A DNA stretch of 64,000 nucleotides. Origin: an uncultured Clostridia bacterium (lineage in GTDB: Bacteria > Bacillota > Clostridia > Christensenellales > Borkfalkiaceae). Both the position numbers and the translations under genes were made by a program. The stretch's first letter is position 1, and each line of letters begins with the position of its first letter. The DNA is taken from NCBI GenBank assembly GCA_947625555.1, contig CANQOT010000006.1, positions 14,248 to 78,247 of the forward strand, written 5' to 3'. Below the pieces are notes generated by a model. It had not been told where the DNA came from, ran no database searches, and saw nothing but the letters and a program-made list of their open reading frames with translations. This document shows positions 25,397 through 33,566 of this stretch, piece by piece.

Positions 25397-25475
25397 CAAT
25401 ATGGGATACTACTTACGCGGCGTCCCGTATTGGGGCGTCTTTTATTTTACAGAAAATTTTTTTGGAGGTATTCCT

Positions 25476-27536
25476 ATGAAAAGAAAGTTTTGGATCATCG
25501 TGCTCGCTATCGCGGGCGCGCTCTGCCTCGCCTTGGGCCTCGCCGCCTGCGGTGGCGGAGGCGGACCGAAGGAGAAGAAGGTCAATCTCGGCGATTCTCC
25601 CGAACAAGTCGTAAAGCTCCTCGGCGAGCCATACGAGGAAGAGAGCAGCGAGACCCACTATGTGTATCTGGGCAGTAATTATCTCTCTTTGTTGAAGAGA
25701 TCGGCAGAGCTTGAAGAGCGTATGCTGAATGTGAAGAATGAAAAGGAGTTCGAGAAGATCTTCCAGGAGATGGCGAAGCTCGAAACGACGCTCGCCTCCC
25801 TCGTCTACACCAGGACGGAGATCACCTTCTCCCGCAATGAGGAGGGGGAACTCTCGGTGAGCAGGATATGGTACGATGCGGCCTTTCATGAAAACGCGCC
25901 CGAAAAGACGCTTGCAGGTTCTTCTGTGGATTCTCAACAGTGTACGTTTGAGGAGGTCGTGCAGGGGTCGGCACAAAATCTTTCGTTCTGCGAAACATAT
26001 TCCGACGGGAGTTTCCGTAAATCGCCGATCAAAGACATGGAATTGAATTATTCCATTTCGGGGAAAAACGTCACATGGCAGTGGGAGGATTCGGAGGGCG
26101 AGCATACTTCTGCCTCTAAACTAAAAAAAGAGGGCCCCTGTAGGCTTGAAGCAGAAGGAGCATACGGCGGCGAAGCGGTTTTTGCCATTCCCGAGGGCAC
26201 TACCTCGATCCCGACTTTGGCCTTTCAAAATTGCACATGGCTTACAAATATCAAAATTCCCGATAGCGTAAAATCGATAGGCGACTATGCATTTGAAGGC
26301 ATTTATTCGATTGAAAATATCTATATCACCGACATTAACGCATGGTGCAGAATTAAATTTGGATTTGAATCTACTCCGCTCGGGACACTTAATTTGAATG
26401 GGGTGCCCGTTACGGATGTAAAAGGTCTTTCCGGCATTAAGAGAATCGATGGCGCCTTTTCTGGGAAATCGATCACAAGCATTGTAATTCCCGCAAGTGT
26501 GACAGTGATTGCAGATTTTGCATTCAGAAGTTGCGATTTGCTTGAAAGTATAACTTTTGAGGGGAACAGTAAGTTGACTACGATCGGGCGATATGCATTC
26601 GACAATTGTAGTTCACTGAAAAATATTGCGATACCAAAAAATGTGACCGAAATTGATTTTACGGCATTTGACGATTGCAGGTCGCTTGAAAAGATCGAAG
26701 TCGCAGAAGAAAATAAAAATTACAGCAGTCAAGACGGAATCTTATACGATAAAACCAAAACAAAAATTATACATATCCCGAAAGCCATAAAGGGAGCTGT
26801 GACGATCTCCGATAAGATCACCTCGATCAATGAACAGGCGTTTTACGATCGTTCTTTGCTTACAAAAATCGTGATTCCCGAGAGCGTGACTTCGATTGAA
26901 TTTGAAGCATTTCGTCATTGCACGTCGCTTACAAGTATTTTGATCAGCGCGATCTCGATTGGGGAAGGTGCGTTTGCATCCTGCACTTCGCTTGAAAGCG
27001 TGGAATTTGAAGGAAAAGGCAACTTGAAATTGATTGGGAAAAATGCATTTGAGAACTGCATTGCGCTTAAAAACTTTGTGATTCCCGAGGGTGTGACGGA
27101 AATTGGAGAGGGTGCGTTCATGCTATGCGAAAGCCTTACAAGCGTTACAATTCCCACAAGCGCGACAAAGATTGGAGATAGGGCATTTGCTTCGTGTTCT
27201 TCCCTTAAATACATTGTGATCCCCGAGGGTGTGACTTCAATCGGAGAAGATGCGTTCCGTGCTTGTCCGCTTACAAGCATTGTGATCCCCGATAGCGTGA
27301 CCTCAATCGGAGAAGATGCGTTCCTTGGGTGTAGCGGGCTGAAAAATGTCTACTATAAGGGAAAGGCCGAAACATGGAACAATATTTCGATTGGCGGAAG
27401 CAATAGCTATTTAACCGACGCCACGCGGTATTATTTCTCCGAGGGAGAACCCGATGAGGCGAAGTGGCAGGAGAGCGAAAATTGGTGGCACTTCGATGAG
27501 ACGACGGGAGAGGTCGTCGAATGGGCAAAGCCGTAA
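25476..27536 (+). CDS. BspA-type leucine-rich-repeat lipoprotein
   Basis: 686 aa from ATG 25476 (RBS ggaggt). Lipobox LCLALGLAACGGGG. Long array of about 24-aa LRR_5 units (IPDSVKSIGDYAFEG.., IPASVTVIADFAFRSC.., IPEGVTSIGEDAFRAC..). Confidence 0.88.
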   Translation: MKRKFWIIVLAIAGALCLALGLAACGGGGGPKEKKVNLGDSPEQVVKLLGEPYEEESSETHYVYLGSNYLSLLKRSAELEERMLNVKNEKEFEKIFQEMAKLETTLASLVYTRTEITFSRNEEGELSVSRIWYDAAFHENAPEKTLAGSSVDSQQCTFEEVVQGSAQNLSFCETYSDGSFRKSPIKDMELNYSISGKNVTWQWEDSEGEHTSASKLKKEGPCRLEAEGAYGGEAVFAIPEGTTSIPTLAFQNCTWLTNIKIPDSVKSIGDYAFEGIYSIENIYITDINAWCRIKFGFESTPLGTLNLNGVPVTDVKGLSGIKRIDGAFSGKSITSIVIPASVTVIADFAFRSCDLLESITFEGNSKLTTIGRYAFDNCSSLKNIAIPKNVTEIDFTAFDDCRSLEKIEVAEENKNYSSQDGILYDKTKTKIIHIPKAIKGAVTISDKITSINEQAFYDRSLLTKIVIPESVTSIEFEAFRHCTSLTSILISAISIGEGAFASCTSLESVEFEGKGNLKLIGKNAFENCIALKNFVIPEGVTEIGEGAFMLCESLTSVTIPTSATKIGDRAFASCSSLKYIVIPEGVTSIGEDAFRACPLTSIVIPDSVTSIGEDAFLGCSGLKNVYYKGKAETWNNISIGGSNSYLTDATRYYFSEGEPDEAKWQESENWWHFDETTGEVVEWAKP

Positions 27537-27569
27537 TAGACGGCGAAGAGAGAATATGAGCTGGGAGAC

Positions 27570-27608
27570 CGCCGAGGTGGGCGCCATGTCCGCCTCGGCG
27601 CGTTTTTT
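27570..27608 (+). terminator. Rho-independent terminator after the LRR gene
   Basis: cgccgagg (27570-27577), 15-nt loop, cctcggcg (27593-27600), then cgtttttt. Confidence 0.65.
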
Positions 27609-27614
27609 ATGCGA

Positions 27615-27880
27615 CGAAACCCCCTCCTTGGGGAGGGGGAAGAAAAGGGGGTGGGGCGTCGCTTCTTAATCGTCATGTTGAGCCGCGCGGTAGGGCGTGT
27701 CGAAACATCACCGCAGTATTAAAATAATGTGATACTTCGACTTCGCTACGCTACGCTCAGTATGACGATTTTAAGAATGGTGTGTCGTTTATTATAGTCC
27801 GCGGTTTCATTGAGGGGATTCTTCGGAGAGTGGCCTTGTCGGAAAGTCTTATACACTTTATTGCCTCAGAATGACGCTTT
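27615..27880. repeat. Cluster 3 of mosaic GC-rich hairpin repeats
   Basis: A variant at 27620-27660. M copy at 27671-27708. Inverted M copy at 27731-27767. Partial inverted M (ctcagaatgacg) at 27866-27877. Confidence 0.8.
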
Positions 27881-27889
27881 CCAAAATAC

Positions 27890-27918
27890 TTGCAATCTTT
27901 TTTCAAAACCGCTATAAT
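27890..27918 (+). promoter_or_regulatory. Near-consensus promoter abutting the lepA start codon
   Basis: TTGCAA (27890-27895), 17 nt spacer, TATAAT (27913-27918). The lepA ATG is at 27925, 7 nt after the -10, and no SD lies between them. Confidence 0.5.
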
Positions 27919-27924
27919 AAAACC

Positions 27925-29736
27925 ATGGCAAAACCCAGCAAGTTCTTACGCAATTTCTGCATCATCGCGCACATCGACCACGGGAAGAGCACCATTGCCG
28001 ACCGCATTATGGAGCTCACGGGGCAGGTCTCCAAGCGCGATATGGAGGAGCAACTTCTCGATAGCATGGATATCGAGCGGGAGCGCGGCATCACCATTAA
28101 GCTCGCGCCCGTCCGCATGTATTATACCGCCCTCGACGGGAACGAGTACGAGTTCAACCTCATCGATACCCCCGGCCACGTCGACTTTACCTATGAAGTG
28201 AGCCGTTCTCTCGCCGCCTGCGAAGGGGCGATTTTGGTGGTGGACGCGACCCAAGGCGTGGAGGCGCAGACGCTCGCAAACGTCTACCTCGCCCTCGAAA
28301 ACAACCTCGAAATCGTGCCCGTTATCAACAAGATCGACCTCGCCTCCGCCCGCATCGACGAGACGAAGGCGGAGATCGAGGACGTCATCGGGCTCGACGC
28401 CTCCGAAGCCCCCTGCGTTTCCGCCAAAGAGGGGACCAATATCCGCGATATTTTGGAGGCCGTCGTAAAGTTCATTTCGCCGCCCGACGGCGATACCGAC
28501 GCGCCCCTTTCCGCCCTCATCTTCGATAGCTATTACGATAACTACAAGGGCGTCATCCTCTTCGTGCGCATCAAGGACGGCAGCGTGAAGGTGGGGGACG
28601 CCATAAAGACCTTCCGCTCCGACCGCATCTACGAGGTGACCGAAGTGGGGGCCTTCGCGCCCGGGTTGCAACCCAAGGAGATCTTGAAGGCGGGGGAAGT
28701 GGGCTACATTGCCGCGAGCATCAAATCCATCGAGGACGTCGCCGTGGGCGATACGGTGACGGGCGCACTTCGGCCCGCAAACGCACCCCTGCCCGGCTAT
28801 AAGGAAGTCCAGCCCGTCGTCTTTTCGGGCATCTATCCCTTGGACGGGAGCAAGTTCCTCGACCTCAAAGAGGCCATTTTGAAGCTCAAACTCAACGATG
28901 CATCGCTCACCTTCGAGCCCGATAATTCCGTTGCGCTCGGCTTCGGCTTCCGCTGCGGATTCTTGGGGCTTCTGCATATGGAGATCGTCGAGGAGCGCAT
29001 CGAGCGGGAATTCAACCTCGAGATCATCACGACGGCGCCGTCCGTCTCTTACATTGTCCACAAGACAAACGGGGGTACCATGTCCGTGGATAACCCCTCA
29101 CATTTGCCGCCCGTCTCCGAGATCGACTACATGGAAGAGCCCATCGTGAGGGCGGAGATCTTCACCCCGCCTGACTACCTCGGCTCCATCATGGACCTCT
29201 GCCAGGACCGCCGCGGCGTGTTCAAAGATATGACCTACCTCGACACGAGGCGTGTCAAACTCGAATACCGCCTTCCCCTCAACGAGATCGTCTACGACTT
29301 CTTCGATGAGCTCAAATCGTGCACCAAGGGGTATGCGAGCTTCGATTACGAACTCGTGGGGTACGAAAAGAGCCCGCTCGTCCGCCTCGATATTCTGTTG
29401 AATGGGGAAATTTGCGACGCGCTCTCCCTCATCGTGCACGAAGAGCGGGCGTACGCGCGCGGCAGGATGCTGTGCGAAAATTTGAAGGACGCCATCCCCC
29501 GCCAGCTCTTCGAGGTGCCCGTGCAGGCGGCGATCGGCGGGAAGATCATCGCCCGCGAGACGGTGAAGGCAGTGCGGAAGGACGTCCTCGCCAAGTGTTA
29601 CGGCGGCGACATCACGAGGAAAAAGAAGCTCCTCGAAAAGCAAAAAGAGGGCAAAAAGCGCATGCGCAAGGTGGGCACCGTCGAGGTCCCCTCCGAAGTT
29701 TTCATGCAGATATTAAAGACAAATAAGGACAAGTAA
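27925..29736 (+). CDS. lepA: Elongation factor 4 (LepA)
   Basis: 603 aa. Motifs [24 protein letters not shown] and NKID. LepA-specific C-terminal domain ([25 protein letters not shown]). Confidence 0.95.
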   Translation: MAKPSKFLRNFCIIAHIDHGKSTIADRIMELTGQVSKRDMEEQLLDSMDIERERGITIKLAPVRMYYTALDGNEYEFNLIDTPGHVDFTYEVSRSLAACEGAILVVDATQGVEAQTLANVYLALENNLEIVPVINKIDLASARIDETKAEIEDVIGLDASEAPCVSAKEGTNIRDILEAVVKFISPPDGDTDAPLSALIFDSYYDNYKGVILFVRIKDGSVKVGDAIKTFRSDRIYEVTEVGAFAPGLQPKEILKAGEVGYIAASIKSIEDVAVGDTVTGALRPANAPLPGYKEVQPVVFSGIYPLDGSKFLDLKEAILKLKLNDASLTFEPDNSVALGFGFRCGFLGLLHMEIVEERIEREFNLEIITTAPSVSYIVHKTNGGTMSVDNPSHLPPVSEIDYMEEPIVRAEIFTPPDYLGSIMDLCQDRRGVFKDMTYLDTRRVKLEYRLPLNEIVYDFFDELKSCTKGYASFDYELVGYEKSPLVRLDILLNGEICDALSLIVHEERAYARGRMLCENLKDAIPRQLFEVPVQAAIGGKIIARETVKAVRKDVLAKCYGGDITRKKKLLEKQKEGKKRMRKVGTVEVPSEVFMQILKTNKDK

Positions 29737-30038
29737 TGACGTTTTTCGAAGCGGTATATGAGGCCGTTTCCCGCGTGCCCAAGGGGAAGGTGACGACGTA
29801 CGGCATGATCGCCCGCGCGATCGGGCACCCGAGGGCGGCAAGACAGGTGGGGAATGCCCTCCACCATAACCCCACGCCCATTATCGTTCCCTGCCACCGC
29901 GTGGTGAACAGGGAGGGGCGGCTCGCTCCCGCGTTTGCCTTCGGCGGCCCCGATGTGCAGGCGCGCCTTCTCGAAGAAGAGGGCGTCCCCGTCGTCGACG
30001 GCTATGTCGATTTGGAGAAATACCTTTGGCGCGAATAG
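29736..30038 (+). CDS. MGMT-family (O6-alkylguanine-DNA alkyltransferase DNA-binding/active-site domain only) protein
   Basis: 100 aa. Motifs VTTYGMIA and the active-site PCHRVV with the cysteine retained. The start overlaps the lepA stop by 1 nt (TAATG). Confidence 0.85.
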   Translation: MTFFEAVYEAVSRVPKGKVTTYGMIARAIGHPRAARQVGNALHHNPTPIIVPCHRVVNREGRLAPAFAFGGPDVQARLLEEEGVPVVDGYVDLEKYLWRE

Positions 30039-30072
30039 GCGAAGCGATCATTATACCAAAAAGGAGGCACCC

Positions 30073-31182
30073 ATGCCCGGGATATACGTTCACATTCCCT
30101 TCTGCAAACACAAATGCACGTACTGCGACTTTACGTCCTTCCCCAACCGTCTGAACTTCGCTGAGGCGTACATGGCGTGCCTTATGAAGGAAGCCGAAAT
30201 GCGCGCGAAGGAGCTCGAAAAAATCACCTTCGATACCGTGTATATCGGCGGGGGAACGCCCTCCGTCGTCGATCCCAAATATATCTATGCCCTTATGGCG
30301 AAGATCGTAAAGAGTTTTCATCTTTCCAAGGACCCCGAGGTCACCATTGAGATGAACCCCGGCACGGTGGACGCGGAGAAAATACAAATTTACAAGCGGG
30401 CGGGGATCAACCGCTTTTCGGTGGGCTTGCAGACGGCGAACGATAGGCAGCTCGAAGAGATCGGAAGGATCCACAACAGTAAGGACTTTGTCGCGTGCGC
30501 AGAACTTCTTCGCGGGGAGAATTTTTCCGCCGATATCATGCTCGGTCTCAAAGGGCAGACAAAGGAGGACGTCGCGGCGACGATTGCCCTCGCAGACGAA
30601 AACGGGGCCACCCATGTCTCGATGTATGCCCTCACGCCCGAGGACGGCACGCCCATTTACACCGACTATTTGAACGGCGAACTTCCCGACGGGGACGAGG
30701 TCGCCGCCCTCTACGACTATGGCTATGAGCTCCTCAAAAAGCGGGGCTACATGCGCTACGAGGTGAGCAATTTCTGCAAGCCCGGCTTCGGCAGCCGCCA
30801 CAACCTCAATTATTGGAAGCGTGGGGAATATATCGGGCTGGGCGTTTCTGCGAGCTCCTTCTTTTTCGGGAAGCGGTTCACGAACACCTTCGATTTGGAC
30901 GAGTATATGAAGTGCATCCTCTCGGGGCACTATCCCGTCATCGAGAGCGAGGAAGTTTCGGAGAAGGACGCGAAGTTCGAGTTCGTGATGCTGGGCCTTC
31001 GCACGGTGTTCGGCATCTCTGCGGCCGCCTACAAAAAGCAGTTCAAGAGCGACTGGAAGGAGGACTTCAAGGGGGCATACGAAAAGACGAAAACCTATCT
31101 TGAAGAGGCAGGGGACATTACGAAAATCAAGGACGAATACCTCTATGTGCAGAACCAAATTCTGACGGAATACATGGAATAA
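30073..31182 (+). CDS. hemW: Radical SAM heme chaperone HemW / oxygen-independent coproporphyrinogen oxidase-like
   Basis: 369 aa from ATG 30073 (RBS aaggagg). Motifs HIPFCKHKCTYCDF and GGGTPS. Classic position downstream of lepA. Confidence 0.9.
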   Translation: MPGIYVHIPFCKHKCTYCDFTSFPNRLNFAEAYMACLMKEAEMRAKELEKITFDTVYIGGGTPSVVDPKYIYALMAKIVKSFHLSKDPEVTIEMNPGTVDAEKIQIYKRAGINRFSVGLQTANDRQLEEIGRIHNSKDFVACAELLRGENFSADIMLGLKGQTKEDVAATIALADENGATHVSMYALTPEDGTPIYTDYLNGELPDGDEVAALYDYGYELLKKRGYMRYEVSNFCKPGFGSRHNLNYWKRGEYIGLGVSASSFFFGKRFTNTFDLDEYMKCILSGHYPVIESEEVSEKDAKFEFVMLGLRTVFGISAAAYKKQFKSDWKEDFKGAYEKTKTYLEEAGDITKIKDEYLYVQNQILTEYME

Positions 31183-31199
31183 ACGGAAGGTAAAATTGT

Positions 31200-31228
31200 G
31201 CCCCGCGCCATATCGGCGCGGGGCTTTT
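31200..31228. terminator. Bidirectional terminator between hemW and the convergent CMD/cupin gene
   Basis: gccccgcgcc (31200-31209), loop atatc, ggcgcggggc (31215-31224), tttt. Confidence 0.85.
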
Positions 31229-31280
31229 GCATTGTTCGAATTGTCATATTGCAGGGGATAGGCGTTTCGCCCCGCATGCG

Positions 31281-32033
31281 TTACGGCAACTTGTTATAAT
31301 CTTCGTCGGAGACAGGTTCGAGCCATTCGTTGGACGCATTCACGCCGAGGACCTCGACGGCAAGATGAGAAAACCAGCTGTTTTTTGCCGCCCCATGCCA
31401 GTGCTTCACGCCCGCGGAAATGTTGACGACGTCGCCCGGGTGCATTTCCACGGCGTCCTTTCCCCATTCCTGATAGTAGCCGTGCCCCGCGACGCATAAG
31501 AGGATCTGCCCGCCGCCCCTTTCGGCATGGTGAATGTGCCAGTTGTTGCGGCATGCGGGTTCGAAGGTGACGTTGAAGATGCCCACCTGCTCCTTGGAGA
31601 TGGGGGCGAGGTAGCTCTTCCCGCTGAAATACTGCGCAAAGCCATCGTTGGGCGCGCCGATGGGGAACACCATCTCGCTCGCATGCGCCGCCATCGCGGT
31701 TTGGGCGTCCTCGGTGGCCCAAATTTCTTTCGCCATGTTGAACACCGCCCATGCCTTGGGCCAGCCCGCGTAGAAGGCGACGTGGGTGACGGCGGCGGCA
31801 ATTTCCTTCCTCGTCACGCCCGCCTTTTTCGCATTCTCCAAATGGTATTTGAGCGAACTGTCCGTAATCCCCGACGCCATGAGCGCGACGACGGTGACAA
31901 GGCAGCGGGTCTTGTGGTCGAGGCCGGGATTGTTCCAATTTTCGCCGAAGAGGATATCGTCGTTGAAGTGGGCAAAATCGGGGGCGAACTCGCCGAGCGC
32001 CTTCCTTCCCGCATCCTGTGTGATCTTTTCCAT
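31281..32033 (-). CDS. Carboxymuconolactone decarboxylase (AhpD-like) domain fused to a cupin domain
   Basis: 250 aa. The N-terminal half is CMD-like (GLDHKTRCLVTVVALMASG..HLENAKKAGVTR). The C-terminal half is cupin-like (NNWHIHHAERGGGQILLCVAGHGYYQEWG). RBS aaaggag. Confidence 0.8.
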   Translation of the reverse strand: MEKITQDAGRKALGEFAPDFAHFNDDILFGENWNNPGLDHKTRCLVTVVALMASGITDSSLKYHLENAKKAGVTRKEIAAAVTHVAFYAGWPKAWAVFNMAKEIWATEDAQTAMAAHASEMVFPIGAPNDGFAQYFSGKSYLAPISKEQVGIFNVTFEPACRNNWHIHHAERGGGQILLCVAGHGYYQEWGKDAVEMHPGDVVNISAGVKHWHGAAKNSWFSHLAVEVLGVNASNEWLEPVSDEDYNKLP

Positions 32034-32150
32034 ATATTACTCCTTTATATTGATTGTTTTTCAACTTGCCGAGCGCATACGTAGCACCCATGTTCGCTAT
32101 ACATAGTCTAAAATTTCAAGATCCAAAGTCATTTTGCCTTCTTTGAATGC

Positions 32151-32447
32151 CTACTTCATGATTTCTCTAAATCGTTGCACGCGCATTTTGAGGTGATATT
32201 TTTCGCGGAGGGCGGCGATCTCTGCCATCATTGGGCTTTTATGGTGAAGCCTAAGCGCTTCCTCGCTTTCCCAAGCGTCGATGAGAAGGACTGTTTCGGG
32301 GTCGTCCACGGGGAGAAAGTAGTCATAGCGCAAGTTTCCCTTCTCGGCGCGGATCTTTTCCACAAGCCCGCTTCCGATCATCTCTTCCGCAAACCTCCGC
32401 GCACTGCCGTCCGTTCCCGTATAATAGATATTGATCGTAAGAGCCAT
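32151..32447 (-). CDS. Antibiotic-biosynthesis-monooxygenase (ABM) superfamily protein
   Basis: 98 aa. Ferredoxin-like ABM pattern (LLIDAWESEEALRLHHKSPMMAE). Confidence 0.7.
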   Translation of the reverse strand: MALTINIYYTGTDGSARRFAEEMIGSGLVEKIRAEKGNLRYDYFLPVDDPETVLLIDAWESEEALRLHHKSPMMAEIAALREKYHLKMRVQRFREIMK

Positions 32448-32510
32448 ACTTCACCCCCGCAGAGTCTTGCCGAGTTCATACGCCGCCGCCATTTACATGT
32501 ACGACGATCT

Positions 32511-32990
32511 TCATAAGCCCAGGCTTTCCACCCAAAGTTTGAGCGAGCTCTCGCTTGCACCGTTTATGAGTTTTCCTCCCTTCCAGACGGCGGAGGGGGC
32601 GCACGGCTTCAAGGCGCTCTCCGTTCTTCCCAGCCCGCTGCCGCCGCTCGTCGCAAAGAGCACGACGGTCTTGCCCGTAAAATCGTAACTTTCGAGGAAG
32701 GTCTTGATTATGGTCGGCGCGGTGTACCACCAGATGGGAAAGCCCAAGAAAACGGTGTCGTAGACGGAAACGGGGGCACCCATGTCCGCAAGTGCGGGGC
32801 GGGAGGAAGGGTCATTCATCTCCAAAGTCGAACGACTTTTTTTGTTCGTCCAATCGAGGTCGGCCGCCGTGTAGGGGACCTTGGGCTCGATCTCGTAGAG
32901 GTCGGCATCCGCGGCTCTTGCGAGCAAGGCCGCCGCCTTCTTTGTCGTACCGCTTGCCGAAAAGTAGGCCACCAAAATTTTCTTCATCAT
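32511..32990 (-). CDS. Flavodoxin
   Basis: 159 aa. FMN-binding N-terminus MMKKILVAYFSASGTTKK, and FLGFPIWWYTAP. Confidence 0.85.
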   Translation of the reverse strand: MMKKILVAYFSASGTTKKAAALLARAADADLYEIEPKVPYTAADLDWTNKKSRSTLEMNDPSSRPALADMGAPVSVYDTVFLGFPIWWYTAPTIIKTFLESYDFTGKTVVLFATSGGSGLGRTESALKPCAPSAVWKGGKLINGASESSLKLWVESLGL

Positions 32991-33436
32991 TTATCTCCTT
33001 TTGCGGCGATTTTTTGCATGTTCGCCGCCAATTTCTGCAATGTGGAAAGAAGCGCCTCGGGGTTTTCGATCTCCGCGTAAATTTGCCTTTCCCTGCGGTA
33101 GAGGTCGGATAAAATTCCGTCCGCATATTGTTTTCCGCTCGGGGTGAGCGAGACGAGGAGTTCGCGCCGCTCGCCCTTGATCTGCGAGAGCGAAACATAG
33201 CCGCTATTCTTAAAATCCTTGATGATGGTGTTCGCCGTGCTCCTCGGAATATCCCAATCCTCGCAGATCTGCTTTTGGCTGTGCCGCTCGCCGTCGTTCA
33301 GGGCGTAGAGGATCCAAAGAAGATTAGGGGAGCCGATCTTGCAACTTCTCCCGTATTCTTCGTAGGCGCCGTCGATCTTGTAGACGAGCTTCCCGAGCCG
33401 ATCGAAAAAGGTGCGTTCATCCATAGTTTGCCTCAA
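32987..33436 (-). CDS. MarR-family transcriptional regulator
   Basis: 149 aa. Winged-helix segment (QKQICEDWDIPRSTANTIIKDFKNSGYVSLSQIKGERRE). ATGA overlap with the flavodoxin gene. Confidence 0.85.
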   Translation of the reverse strand: MRQTMDERTFFDRLGKLVYKIDGAYEEYGRSCKIGSPNLLWILYALNDGERHSQKQICEDWDIPRSTANTIIKDFKNSGYVSLSQIKGERRELLVSLTPSGKQYADGILSDLYRRERQIYAEIENPEALLSTLQKLAANMQKIAAKGDK

Positions 33437-33566
33437 AAATTCTATTTCGTATTTTAATTATAATTCGGTTTCGGATTTCTGTCAAGCAATTTGAGGAAAT
33501 TTTTGCAAGAAAAAAGGCGGGGGAGGGGCTCCCGCGCCGATCGAGGGGATTTACTTGGGTGGGGGG

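Noticed and set aside
21160-27880. Whether the repeat clusters are a CRISPR array.
   Set aside because: Several different module types are intermixed. They occur in both orientations with irregular spacing (about 1-130 nt), with no constant repeat/spacer periodicity and no cas genes.
21097-27924. Whether the accessory patch is a classical mobile element, prophage or ICE.
   Set aside because: No integrase, transposase, recombinase, tRNA attachment site or phage structural gene was seen. Only the XRE regulator is reminiscent of mobile-element control modules.
1210-31158. Other antisense or out-of-frame ORFs over housekeeping and mal genes. Examples: 1210..2025 -, 2768..3910 -, 3802..4680 -, 13375..14751 -, 17293..19023 -, 19063..21225 -, 27946..29061 -, 29881..31158 -, 6333..7115 +, 15109..15996 +, 31294..32091 -.
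   Set aside because: Each overlaps a confidently identified gene (def/fmt, rsmB, rlmN, SBP, amylase, msmX, lepA, hemW, dipeptidase, permease, CMD-cupin) in another frame or strand, and has Arg/Pro/Gly-rich nonsense-like sequence.
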